This document shows, in pieces, positions 44,049 through 52,825 of a DNA stretch of 54,780 bases. How positions within the stretch are numbered: the first letter of the stretch is position 1; each line of letters starts with the position of its first letter. Source of the DNA: a virus (lineage: Duplodnaviria; Caudoviricetes); IMG/VR virus record IMGVR_UViG_3300037307_000593, positions 1-54,780 of that record; one strand, given 5' to 3'. The notes beneath the pieces are model-generated. The model did no database searches. It was not told the DNA's origin and worked only from the letters and a program-made list of their open reading frames with translations. The position numbers and the translations under genes are program-made.

Positions 44049-45407
44049 CTACTCGTCCTCGCCCTCGGGCGCCATCTCGATCAGCCGCATCGCCTCGCCC
44101 TGCCAGTGCAGATCGACCGCACAGGTCGGCCCCTGCCGGTTCTTCGCGACGATCAGCCGCACCGGCGGCACCCCGTACTTCACCGGCGGGCGCCACAACA
44201 ACCACACCTGATCGGCATCCTGTTCAAGGTTGCCGGATTCTCTGAGATCGCTCAGGCGCGGCGGTTCGTCCTTACGGTTCTCGACCTCGCGGTTGAGTTG
44301 CGCGAGGGCCACGACGACGACCTTCAGATCCTTGGCGAGTTGCTTCAGCCCGAGACTGATGCGGCCGAGGGCCTGATAGCGGTTCTCGCCTTGCTTGGTG
44401 GCGACGTCCATCAACTGCACGTAGTCCACGATGACCACGTCGAGGCCGCCCATGACCCGCTTGTGCTGCGAGGTGCGCGCACGCACCTGTCCGATGGTGC
44501 GCACGGTGTCGTCGGTGCAGATCGGCAACGACTCGTTGAGCGCCTCGGCCATGCGGTCGAACTCGTCGGCGCTCAGCCGCCGCGCCCCGAGACGCGCGAC
44601 CGAGACGCCCGCCATCGCGCCGACGTACCGCTGCCCGATCTGGACGCGATCCATCTCCAGCGACAAGAAAGACACCTTGTGCCCTTGGCGTGCCCAATGG
44701 ACGGCGAGGTTCCCCGCGATGGCGGACTTTCCCTGGCTCGTGCGTGCGCCGATGACCAGCAGGCAGGGCTTGTAGATCCCCCCCACCATCTGCGCGTCGA
44801 GCGTCAGGTACCCCGTGTCGAGGAAGTCGGCCGTCGTCGCGTTGTACGTCTCGATGACGTCGGCCATCAGGTGGTCGAAGTGGTCGGCGGCGGGGTCACG
44901 GTCGAGGCGCTCGGCCCCGTCGAGGGTGGCATAGAGGTCCGAGAGGGCGGCATCGAAGTCCGAGTCGTCCATCAGCCGACGCACCGAGGCCTGCAGAGCA
45001 TAGCCCAGATGCCGCCGGATCGCGGCCTCCTTCAGCCGCGCTGCCATCTGCTCCAGCGTCATCCCCCCATGCAGCGGCGGGCCGTAGTAGCGCACCACGT
45101 CGATGACGGTTGCCGGTCCCGTCCCCTGCCGTTCCACCTCGGCCTTGACGGCCTGCACGTCGGGCAGGCGCCGTTGCCCCACGAGCATCTCCATCACCTC
45201 GATGAGGTGACGGCAGGGCTGGTGGGCGAAGTACTCGGGCCGGACGAGGGCCAAGGCATCGACCGCCGCCGCCGGTTTGTAGAGCAGCCACCCCACGAAG
45301 GCCTCCTCCGTCTCGCGGTCGTACATGTGCCGCGAGGAGAGGTGGTCAATCGCAAGGGGCGGCGGGGCAGGCGCGGGGCCGGTCGGCTTACGTGCCGGAC
45401 TCGCCAT
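44049..45407 (-). CDS. dnaB: Replicative DNA helicase
   Basis: TGY..LD...GG, Walker A GARTSQGKS, FLSLEM, VIVDYVQLM, LAQLNR, DLRESGNLEQDAD, KNRQGP. Confidence 0.93.
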   Translation of the reverse strand: MASPARKPTGPAPAPPPLAIDHLSSRHMYDRETEEAFVGWLLYKPAAAVDALALVRPEYFAHQPCRHLIEVMEMLVGQRRLPDVQAVKAEVERQGTGPATVIDVVRYYGPPLHGGMTLEQMAARLKEAAIRRHLGYALQASVRRLMDDSDFDAALSDLYATLDGAERLDRDPAADHFDHLMADVIETYNATTADFLDTGYLTLDAQMVGGIYKPCLLVIGARTSQGKSAIAGNLAVHWARQGHKVSFLSLEMDRVQIGQRYVGAMAGVSVARLGARRLSADEFDRMAEALNESLPICTDDTVRTIGQVRARTSQHKRVMGGLDVVIVDYVQLMDVATKQGENRYQALGRISLGLKQLAKDLKVVVVALAQLNREVENRKDEPPRLSDLRESGNLEQDADQVWLLWRPPVKYGVPPVRLIVAKNRQGPTCAVDLHWQGEAMRLIEMAPEGEDE

Positions 45408-45885
45408 GGCGCCTCCGGTAGGCCCGCAGTCTGGCGGCAGCCAGCGCCTCGCTCGCCGCCGCAGGCGGGACGGGGACAGGGCGCAGGTCTGGCGGCGCGG
45501 CGATCACGCGTGGGAGGGGCGCTTGGGCGCGTACACGGGCCTCGGCCTGCCGCAGCGCCGGTTGCAGCCGCCACTCGACCAGCAGGTAGCGCAACAGATG
45601 GCCCTGCGACACCACAAACGGACTACTGTCCTCGACCCAGATGTCGTAGATCGCGTGGCGCACCGGTTCCTCCGGCACGAGCGCCTGCAGCCGCTTGATG
45701 GCGCGGAGGTCGTCGGCCATGCTCACGCGGAACAGGGGCGCCTTCCGCACCTCGATGTACCGGTCGCGGAAATAGGTGAACTCGCGGAAGAGCGCCGTCT
45801 GCTGGGCCGTGCGCTTGGGTCGGCGCACGGGACGGGTCGCGTTGAACAACATCGGTTGCGTGAGCGTCGTCTGCGCTCGTGACAT
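45388..45885 (-). CDS. Hypothetical protein (possible replication initiator/loader)
   Basis: AAGGAGCGACGACGATG start; directly upstream of dnaB. Confidence 0.5.
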   Translation of the reverse strand: MSRAQTTLTQPMLFNATRPVRRPKRTAQQTALFREFTYFRDRYIEVRKAPLFRVSMADDLRAIKRLQALVPEEPVRHAIYDIWVEDSSPFVVSQGHLLRYLLVEWRLQPALRQAEARVRAQAPLPRVIAAPPDLRPVPVPPAAASEALAAARLRAYRRRHGESGT

Positions 45886-45961
45886 CGTCGTCGCTCCTTG
45901 AAACGTCATGCGGTTGGCTGAGCGCCAACGGGGGATCGGAGCAGAAATCGCTCCAGCGGCG

Positions 45962-46171
45962 TCATCGCCCAAACACGCCGGTGCGCAGCGCCTGCCGCGC
46001 CGACGCCTCGTCACGGAAGTATTCGGACTCACGACTGTATGGTCCGCAGGCGCACCACGTGCCCACGTAGTAGCCGCCGGCGGACCGGTGGACGTCGAGC
46101 ACCAACCGCTGCTGGCAGGTCGGGCACGTCGTCGGCGCCCCCGTCCGAATCGTCTCGCGCGGCAAGACCAT
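45962..46171 (-). CDS. Small conserved phage Zn-binding protein
   Basis: CPTC...RSAGGYYVGTWCACGPYSRESEYF. Confidence 0.6.
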   Translation of the reverse strand: MVLPRETIRTGAPTTCPTCQQRLVLDVHRSAGGYYVGTWCACGPYSRESEYFRDEASARQALRTGVFGR

Positions 46172-46179
46172 GGTGTCCC

Positions 46180-46917
46180 TCACCCCCTCGGCGTGTCGTC
46201 GTCCTCGGCCGTCCGCCGTCGGCCGCGCGCATACTCTTCCCGCTTCGTCGCCCGCACGCCGGGCACGGCCAACTCCGCGTGCTTCTCTCGGGCCTGCGCG
46301 TTCAGCCACGTGTAGTTGGGCACCAGCGCCTCCATCGGCGCCGTGCCATGCATCCTGACCCACTCCTCCAGAAAGGCCTTGACGATGCGGCAGGCCTCCG
46401 GCGAGGCCACCTCGGCGTGGGCCACCGTTTCGTCCCAGATGTCGAGCAGGACGCCGAGACCCGCGCCGACGATGAGCATCCCCACGTTGGTGACCTCGGC
46501 GCTCCAGTAGTCGCGCGACTGCAAACCAGCGACCTTGGGGATGGTCTCGCCGACGAGACCGAGATCAGGCAGGCGTACCGGCGTCTGCGTGGAGGCCGCC
46601 TGCGCCATCGCCGCTTCCAGTGCCGCACGGCGAGCCGCCTTGGCCTCGGCCTCGTAGGTGCGCATGGCTGTCTGCAGCACGTCGCGCAGATCCTGCCATG
46701 GCCCCAAGGCGAGGCGCTCGCGCTCCTTCAGCGTCTTCTGCACCTCGGTGAAGGGCGCCCGCTCCTCGGCGTACCACGCCGCAATCGCGCGCTCCCGCTC
46801 GATGACCTGCGCCAAGAGCGTGGCTGCGAGTGTGTACTCCTCCGACGATCCGAGATGGGCGAGGGCCTGCACGCGGGCCGTCGCCACCGTCAATTCTGAG
46901 AACGTCTCCTCCGCCAT
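46180..46917 (-). CDS. Coiled-coil recombination-associated protein
   Basis: AAGGAGCGACGATG start; long helices with a C-terminal VPGVR; adjacent to the exonuclease. Confidence 0.6.
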   Translation of the reverse strand: MAEETFSELTVATARVQALAHLGSSEEYTLAATLLAQVIERERAIAAWYAEERAPFTEVQKTLKERERLALGPWQDLRDVLQTAMRTYEAEAKAARRAALEAAMAQAASTQTPVRLPDLGLVGETIPKVAGLQSRDYWSAEVTNVGMLIVGAGLGVLLDIWDETVAHAEVASPEACRIVKAFLEEWVRMHGTAPMEALVPNYTWLNAQAREKHAELAVPGVRATKREEYARGRRRTAEDDDTPRG

Positions 46918-46933
46918 CGTCGCTCCTTGTAGG

Positions 46934-47449
46934 TCACGCGGCCGCGTGCCATGCCGAGAGTCGCGTCAGGAACTCGGCGTAATCATCGGGGTCGTCGTAC
47001 GGCGTCAACGCGAACGTCCCATCGCCGGGCAAGTAGACGATCCACCGTCGTCGAGGCACGGCGAGAGGCACCAGCAAATCGTAGGCCGCCAACTGGATGC
47101 CGTGCCACTTGGCGCGCTCGCCGGTCTTGAGGTCCACCACTGCCGGAGACCCGTCACACCTGCCGATGCGGTCAGGCGTGCCACGAAACCGGAGGCCCTG
47201 ATGCCGGAACGGATGCTCGACATACTGCCAGTGCGTCGTCGTCCGACTCGTCAGAAACTCCAGATACCCATCCACGTAGCCCTGATACTCGGGCGGGACG
47301 GCCGGCGTGGGCCGCCCGAGATCAATCGCCGCCGCATACCGATGCACGGCGGTTCCGCGCGCGCCCCACGTCGCCCCACCCGACGCGCCGTTGCCGACGC
47401 GCCCGTGGATGACCTCACTCACGCGCGGCAAGGGGAGACGATAGATCAT
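46934..47449 (-). CDS. PD-(D/E)XK exonuclease (RecB/Cas4-like)
   Basis: PRVSEVI, RGTAVH, GTPDR, VDLKTG, QLAAY. Confidence 0.8.
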   Translation of the reverse strand: MIYRLPLPRVSEVIHGRVGNGASGGATWGARGTAVHRYAAAIDLGRPTPAVPPEYQGYVDGYLEFLTSRTTTHWQYVEHPFRHQGLRFRGTPDRIGRCDGSPAVVDLKTGERAKWHGIQLAAYDLLVPLAVPRRRWIVYLPGDGTFALTPYDDPDDYAEFLTRLSAWHAAA

Positions 47450-48210
47450 GTCTCGCTGACCTCGACAGACCCATCAGTCCGCACGCGAAACTCGGCATAG
47501 CCCGCGTGATTTGCCGCCGCGTCGAGCATCTCGTGGACACTCCAGAGCAACGTCTGATGCCCAGCGATGCTCTGGTAGATGCCGCTACGAACCGTCGCAA
47601 CCTCATAGCGGTCCTGCCCACCCACTTCCAAGGCCCGCCAGAGCAGGAACAGCCGCGCGAGATCGCGTTCATTCCGCAAGGCAAACACCTTTTCCGAGCG
47701 AATCTTCTCCCACTGCGTTGATCGCAACTGGGCCACGGTGTTATCCATCGCGGCCATGATCGGCGGACGTTCTCGCCCCCGCAACACGGTGACTGCCAAT
47801 ACCCCGTAGGCCAGATCGCCCACCTGCGGCCTCCAGACCTGCCCAATGCCGCGCAGCGTCTGGAGCAAGGGCTGGGAGATGTTCGCACAGGTGTCGAGGT
47901 TCGCCACGACAAGCGGAATCCCGAGGTCGGCCGCCCGCCGAAAGGCCGTCTCCAGTTCCCCTGAGAACGGCAGCACGTGAGGGAAGCGGGCGCGCACGCC
48001 GAGCAGCACGGCGGGGTCTCGGTCCACGACGCAGAGATGCTCTTGCCGAAAGCCCTTCTGCATCGCCACCTCGATCTCGTCGCCGTCCGCCCCAGGCATC
48101 AGCAAGCCATAGGTCTCGGAGGGACGCCCGCCGGCCCGCTTCACGCGCGCGGCGAACTCGTTCCAGACCTGCCGCCGATACTGGCGTTTCGCGCCGTAAT
48201 CCCAGTCCAC
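47446..48210 (-). CDS. Hypothetical protein, possible Rossmann/methyltransferase-like fold
   Basis: LLMPGADG, CVVDRD, ANLDTC pattern; weak. Confidence 0.45.
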   Translation of the reverse strand: MDWDYGAKRQYRRQVWNEFAARVKRAGGRPSETYGLLMPGADGDEIEVAMQKGFRQEHLCVVDRDPAVLLGVRARFPHVLPFSGELETAFRRAADLGIPLVVANLDTCANISQPLLQTLRGIGQVWRPQVGDLAYGVLAVTVLRGRERPPIMAAMDNTVAQLRSTQWEKIRSEKVFALRNERDLARLFLLWRALEVGGQDRYEVATVRSGIYQSIAGHQTLLWSVHEMLDAAANHAGYAEFRVRTDGSVEVSET

Positions 48211-48215
48211 GGTCG

Positions 48216-48983
48216 TTACCGCCGCCCGTTAGCCGCCGTCTCGTCCGACTGGGCGGCTGCCGCCGTCGCCGCCGGTCGCCGTGCCTTGGCGGGCGCGGCT
48301 GCCCGCGACGGGCGCCGCGCGAAGATCGCGAGGATCTCGTCCGCCCCGTCCATCAGGTCCGTGACGGTCTTCTCCGGCGCCAACCCTGCCAAGACCCGCA
48401 ACACCTGTCCGTACTTCGCGGCCATCATGCTTGCCATCGGTGCCTCCTCCCGTCGCGCACCCAACAGGTGCGCGACTACTTCAGCCCAGCACAGGAGTGC
48501 GCCGGACTGTGTTTCCAGAGCATTGGCAGCCTCCACCGCGAGGGCCTGCCATGCCGTTGGCGTCGCGGCGTCAAAGGCCACGCCGTGCAACGCTGCGATG
48601 AGATCTCGTTCCACTGCCTTACCAAGACCTTGCCACACCGAGCCATGGACCACCGAGCCATGACCGCCTAATCGCAACCGCTTGATGGTGATGTAGCCCT
48701 GCTCGTCCCCTGGCACGCTTGGATCGCGGACATAGCAGACCGTGGACAACACGCGGTCCTCCACGGTCACTTGCACCTTCACGCTGCGGATCAAGTTGCG
48801 CGCCTGATCCACCCGATACGCGTGGCCCGCCTTGCTGTCGTCCCACTCGAAATACCCATGCAGTGGGTTTGTGGGCACTTCCGCCGCGTGAACGACGGCA
48901 TCGGGCGTGATCGTACCGGCCCGCGTCTCGACCTGCGCCAACGCTTCCGCGAGCGTGGCCCGTTCTGTCGCTGTGAACACCAT
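48216..48983 (-). CDS. Conserved phage protein (PLH..FEWDD family) reading through a repeat array; the last 73 aa (48216-48437) may be a separate gene
   Basis: N-terminal ITPDAVV.AA....NPLHGYFEWDDSKAG..YR..QAR.LIRSV...YVRDP...QGY; internal GGY-NN repeats, a 10-bp hairpin and GGAGGAGG-ATG at 48437. Confidence 0.6.
   Translation of the reverse strand: MVFTATERATLAEALAQVETRAGTITPDAVVHAAEVPTNPLHGYFEWDDSKAGHAYRVDQARNLIRSVKVQVTVEDRVLSTVCYVRDPSVPGDEQGYITIKRLRLGGHGSVVHGSVWQGLGKAVERDLIAALHGVAFDAATPTAWQALAVEAANALETQSGALLCWAEVVAHLLGARREEAPMASMMAAKYGQVLRVLAGLAPEKTVTDLMDGADEILAIFARRPSRAAAPAKARRPAATAAAAQSDETAANGRR
48452..48669 (-). repeat. Degenerate 5-nt GGY-NN repeat tract ending in a perfect hairpin
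   Basis: Minus strand GGC GGTC AT GGC TC GGT GGTCC AT GGC TC GGT GT GGC AA GGT CTT GGT AA GGC ... AC GGC GT GGC ... AC GGC AT GGC A GGC, then GTCGCGCACC-TGTTG-GGTGCGCGAC. Confidence 0.55.
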
Positions 48984-48986
48984 GCG

Positions 48987-49856
48987 TTACACCTCCATCT
49001 TCCTCGGGCGCCCACGCTTCTTCTTGGGCAACTCCTCCGCCGTCCCGTTGGCGGGCACGAAGACGCCCTCGTTCTGGTCGTCCTTCCGGCCTCGATCCTT
49101 GACCTCCGCGTCATACCACGCGAGGAGATCGAGCGTCTGCTGGTCCCACGGTTTCGGGTGCAGCAGCGCCGCGTCCTGTGCCTCGCGCCCCGCGTGCTGG
49201 ATCAGGTTCAGGAACACGGGGTTGTCCTCGTTCACCAGATCGAACTGCCCGTACGACCCCTTGCCCTTCTGCTGTCGCCAGTCGCCGATCCCGCGCAGAT
49301 CCCCAGCCGCCGCGAGCAGGTCGCCCATCGCCTTCTTGGTCAACCGAGGATAGGAGAACTCGATGTTCACGAAGCACGCCCACTGTCGGAGCTTGGCGCG
49401 CGTCCGCACGTCCGGCTTGGGCGGGAAGCCCTGCAGCTTCACGATGTCCATGCCGATCTCGGGAATCCCGTAGATCGACACGTAGTCGCCCGTGACGTAG
49501 GTGAGTCGCCCGATCTCCGTCTTCGCGGCCCCTGGCATGTCCAGCGCCACATCGCAGAGCGCCGCCTTGAACGCCGTCGCGGGGAACAGCAACCGCGTCG
49601 GCCCATCATCGTTGGGCATCGTGCGATAGACGCTCGCGCGGAACTCCTCCATCGGGAAGTGCTTCATCGTGGATTCCTTCTCCGCCTTGCTCTTCTTCTT
49701 CGGCGCAAGGAGATCCCGCTTGGCCTTCTCGCTCACCGCGTTATAAATGAGTGGCGTGCGCCCCAGAATGCACGCCATGAGGGTGCCCCGCTGCAACCGT
49801 ACGATTTGCAGGGGTTCGCCTATGAGGTCCTTCTCCACTTTGCCTCGTCCAGCCAT
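48987..49856 (-). CDS. Stand-alone Cas7/RAMP-like protein
   Basis: N-terminal strand ILGRTPLI, LLFPATAFKAAL helix, RTRA....W....IEF, and a C-terminal Gly-rich loop AGDLRGIGDWRQQKGKGSYGQF; start chosen at the AGCGACGACGATG motif. Confidence 0.65.
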   Translation of the reverse strand: MAGRGKVEKDLIGEPLQIVRLQRGTLMACILGRTPLIYNAVSEKAKRDLLAPKKKSKAEKESTMKHFPMEEFRASVYRTMPNDDGPTRLLFPATAFKAALCDVALDMPGAAKTEIGRLTYVTGDYVSIYGIPEIGMDIVKLQGFPPKPDVRTRAKLRQWACFVNIEFSYPRLTKKAMGDLLAAAGDLRGIGDWRQQKGKGSYGQFDLVNEDNPVFLNLIQHAGREAQDAALLHPKPWDQQTLDLLAWYDAEVKDRGRKDDQNEGVFVPANGTAEELPKKKRGRPRKMEV

Positions 49857-49886
49857 CGTCGTCGCTACCTTCATTCCTTATCGTGA

Positions 49887-50096
49887 GTGGGCGTTATTGC
49901 CCACGTCGATAAGCCTTACCGTGACCGCCAAACCCTGTCCCATCCTGCCGAATCCTGTCGAAACGTTGCGCGCCCTATCATCCGAGTCGTAACGGATCGA
50001 ACCGAACCGCCCTTGCTGCGTCCTGCCGCATCCGCCGCGTCAGTGGCCTGCACCAAAACCAACCTTGACGGACCTTGACGTACACCGCCAAAACCG
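49887..50096 (-). ncRNA. Candidate guide-like RNA: 5-nt periodic G(G/A/T)Y-NN array plus terminal hairpin
   Basis: Intergenic. Minus strand ...GTC AA GGT CC GTC AA GGT TG GTT TT GGT GCAGGC ... GGT TC GGT TC GAT CC GTT AC GAC TC ... GTT TC GAC AG GAT TC GGC AG GAT GG GAC AG GGT TT GGC GGTCAC GGT AA GGC TT, then GTGGGC-AATAAC-GCCCAC. Confidence 0.65.
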
Positions 50097-50103
50097 TGTG
50101 CTG

Positions 50104-50922
50104 CTACTCCTCCTCTCGGTCGCCGTACTCCGATGCCCGTCGCTGGGCCGTCGCTGAGACGGGCTGCGCCGACGCCTTCCCAGCCTGCGAGTGCACCCAT
50201 GCCAGCGTCTGATCGAACGCGCTCATCGTGATGTCTTCGATCTTCGGCACCAGTTCGTACTGCTCGGCGTACCACTTCAGCAGCCGCTCGCTGCCGACCT
50301 TGGCCTTGCTCATCTCGACGAGCAAATACTTCGCTTGCGCTTGGCTGATCGGACGCGAGGCGACCTTCGGCGTCGGCGTCGTCTGCGTGTGCTCGGCAAG
50401 GCCCTGCGGCGCACTCGCGTCGTCGTCCTGCTCGCTGGCGATGGACACCATGCCCTGCACGGCATACCGTCGCAAATAGGTGATCAGGCCACCGAGGGTC
50501 TGGACCTTAGCGTCCGGCAACCGCGCGGCGAGGGCATTGCTCATCCACTGCCCCGAGGCGTGCATCAGGACGGTCTCGATCTCCAGCCACGCGCCGTCCT
50601 CGTTGTAGATCGTCTTGGGGTGCTGGACCAGCACAAGCCCCTGCTTGGCCAGCGGCTTGCGAATGGCGTCGAGGACCGTCGCCAGATCGCTGTAGGCGTA
50701 GCTGTAGTTGCCCTTCTCGGACCGCACCTGCGCCGTCCGGTCCTTGACGGGGTTCTCGATCTCCAGCAGCGCCTTGGCGAGTGCGGTGGTCAGGTGCATC
50801 AGGTCTGCTGAATGCGCCCACCGCCCCTCGACCACCACCGGCGTGCTCGTCTCGGCGGCCGAGGTCGGCGCATCGAGGTAGTCCACGAATTGCTGGGCCT
50901 GTTCTTGCTCGTTCATGCTCAT
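50104..50922 (-). CDS. erf: ERF-family single-strand annealing protein
   Basis: Y.YSDL, ETVLMHASGQWM, GGLITYLRRYA, DDDA. Confidence 0.88.
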   Translation of the reverse strand: MSMNEQEQAQQFVDYLDAPTSAAETSTPVVVEGRWAHSADLMHLTTALAKALLEIENPVKDRTAQVRSEKGNYSYAYSDLATVLDAIRKPLAKQGLVLVQHPKTIYNEDGAWLEIETVLMHASGQWMSNALAARLPDAKVQTLGGLITYLRRYAVQGMVSIASEQDDDASAPQGLAEHTQTTPTPKVASRPISQAQAKYLLVEMSKAKVGSERLLKWYAEQYELVPKIEDITMSAFDQTLAWVHSQAGKASAQPVSATAQRRASEYGDREEE

Positions 50923-50990
50923 GCTTCCTCTCACCCCCACGGCCTCGTGCGCGTAGGGGAAACCCGTGCTACAGTAGGTGGTGACAACAG

Positions 50991-51109
50991 GAGCGGACTC
51001 GTCACCCGCTCACGACTGTTGGCCCTGCCAAGTCACCACCGTCAGGTGGTGCCCTCCGCATCGCCTCTGTCACTGTCGTCGCTCCGGGCCGCGCCTAGTC
51101 AGCGCGGCC
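50991..51109 (-). promoter_or_regulatory. Structured leader with three UGAC-loop hairpins
   Basis: GGCCGCGC-TGACTAG-GCGCGGCC, CACCACC-TGAC-GGTGGTG and GAGCGGG-TGACGAG-TCCGCTC, plus GGAGCGACG. Confidence 0.55.
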
Positions 51110-51126
51110 TTTCTTTTTCTCCCCCG

Positions 51127-51381
51127 TCAGTTCGCCTTCTTGCGGCGATGCACGCGCGTGGTGTGCGCGGGCAGCAACCGGATCTCCTCCACCCGCTTGC
51201 CGAATCGGCGCAGCAGCACCTCGACCAAGTCGCTCCCGCTCAGGCCGGTCACGTCTCTGAGCCGGTCGAACTCCTTGCGCCCCTCGGTCGTCAACTTGAT
51301 CGCGAAGGGCATTGTGTCCTTCTGGGGATAGACCGTCGGCGGCCCGCCCCCATCCGGCACCACCATCTGAATCGGTTTCAT
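51127..51381 (-). CDS. Small DNA-binding protein (RHH-like)
   Basis: FAIKLTTEGRKEFDRL...GLSGSDLVEVLLR; AGGAGGTGAGG RBS. Confidence 0.55.
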   Translation of the reverse strand: MKPIQMVVPDGGGPPTVYPQKDTMPFAIKLTTEGRKEFDRLRDVTGLSGSDLVEVLLRRFGKRVEEIRLLPAHTTRVHRRKKAN

Positions 51382-51405
51382 CGTGTCCTCACCTCCTCTC
51401 ACTCC

Positions 51406-51831
51406 TCAGTGATAGGTCTTCGGCGTCGGCATTGACGCCAAGTCCATGATCCCGTCGAAGGGATCGCGCCCAGTAGACCCAAGCGCGGACGTCATCCACG
51501 CCTGCGCCCGCGTGATCAGGTCGCTGGGCGAGGTCGCCCCGCGGCACGCCTCCCAGAGGGCCTTCATGTCGGTCTCGGCCAACTGGGCATCGACGAACCG
51601 CCACGCCAGATACGCCACCGCGAGCGACGGCCACGCCGTCTCCATGTGCTGATGCACCGACAGCACGGTCGCCTCCGTGCCGTCCCACAAGAACACCGCC
51701 CACCACACGTCGGTGGGCCGTGCCTCGCAGAGCAGCGCCCCGATGCCGAGACCCGCCGGCATGTCCGGCGGCACCGTCAGCGTCCAGTCGCCGCTCGGCA
51801 GGTCATCCCCGCGCCATGGCTGGTCACTCAT
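51406..51831 (-). CDS. Hypothetical protein
   Basis: GGGAG RBS; 141 aa. Confidence 0.55.
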   Translation of the reverse strand: MSDQPWRGDDLPSGDWTLTVPPDMPAGLGIGALLCEARPTDVWWAVFLWDGTEATVLSVHQHMETAWPSLAVAYLAWRFVDAQLAETDMKALWEACRGATSPSDLITRAQAWMTSALGSTGRDPFDGIMDLASMPTPKTYH

Positions 51832-51892
51832 GTGTGTGCGCTCCCGTGAAGCAGGCGAGCTTCAGAAATTTCTGAAGCTCGCCCACGCCCCC

Positions 51893-52825
51893 TTAGAGGA
51901 CAATCTGCCGCTGGCCCAGCTTGGCCTCGCGCACCAACCCGTTGACCTCGGCGGCGAAGCCCTGCGCCTGCTGCTGGATGCGTGCCCGCAGGGCGTCATC
52001 AGACTTCAGCACCTCGACGTCGAGGCCGCCGAACAGCGCGTCCATCCGAGCGACCATCGCGGCGAGGTCGCTGTCCTGCGCCAAGTTACGCAGGGGGAAG
52101 TTCTCGACGAACTGCGAGATGTTCCCGACCGTGCTCGCATAGAGCTTCTTGCGCTTGCCGTCGGCCGAGGGCGCCAAGGCGTGCGCGAGATGCCCGACCA
52201 GCCCCGCCACCGCCTCGCGGTTGATGACCACGTAGGTCTCCTCGATCTTCTGGAGGTTCTCGCGGAAGGCCTGCAGTTCCGCCTCGTAGGCCGCACGGCT
52301 CACGCGGGCCAAGGCCTCAGGCACGCCGGAGGCGATGAACCGCCACTCAAACGAGAACTCGGCGGCTGCCGCCTCGGCCGTTTGGGGGTAGAGCTTGGCG
52401 CGGAACAGCGGCCCCATGGCCACCCGCGTGCGCTCGATGGCGGCATAGTAGTCCGCCGCGAACTCCTCGACCAGCACCGCGCGCTCCGCCGCACGCCCCT
52501 GCAGGTAATCCAGCACGCGCTCGACCCCTTCCAAGGCCACGCGATATACCCCCTTGCGGAGGTGGGACGGCATCGTGATCATCTGGACCGTCGCCCGCGT
52601 GATCTTGTCGAAGGCCACGATGGCGTCGAGCCGCGGGCTGTCGAGCCTCTTCTGCTTCGCCCGCGTCATCCGCTTGGCGGTCTGCCGCGTCGTCTCGTCC
52701 TCGATATTGGCCACGTTCCAGTCGGCATCGCGCAGCTTGCGCTCGTTGCCGAAGGTGCCGCACTCGACCGAGAGCAGCAGGCTCCGGTCGTCCAAGGTGT
52801 TCTGATCCATCAGCATCGTCGTCAT
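51893..52825 (-). CDS. DUF3150-like helical protein
   Basis: KRL..., GVYRV, LYP......F.FEW, N.......F...NL..D motifs; AGGAGCGACGATG start behind a promoter. Confidence 0.6.
   Translation of the reverse strand: MTTMLMDQNTLDDRSLLLSVECGTFGNERKLRDADWNVANIEDETTRQTAKRMTRAKQKRLDSPRLDAIVAFDKITRATVQMITMPSHLRKGVYRVALEGVERVLDYLQGRAAERAVLVEEFAADYYAAIERTRVAMGPLFRAKLYPQTAEAAAAEFSFEWRFIASGVPEALARVSRAAYEAELQAFRENLQKIEETYVVINREAVAGLVGHLAHALAPSADGKRKKLYASTVGNISQFVENFPLRNLAQDSDLAAMVARMDALFGGLDVEVLKSDDALRARIQQQAQGFAAEVNGLVREAKLGQRQIVL

Noticed and set aside
46934-47449. Cas4 as part of a CRISPR-Cas locus with the Cas7-like gene
   Set aside because: It lacks the Fe-S cysteine cluster and fits the usual phage exonuclease partner of ERF; no cas1/cas2 is present.
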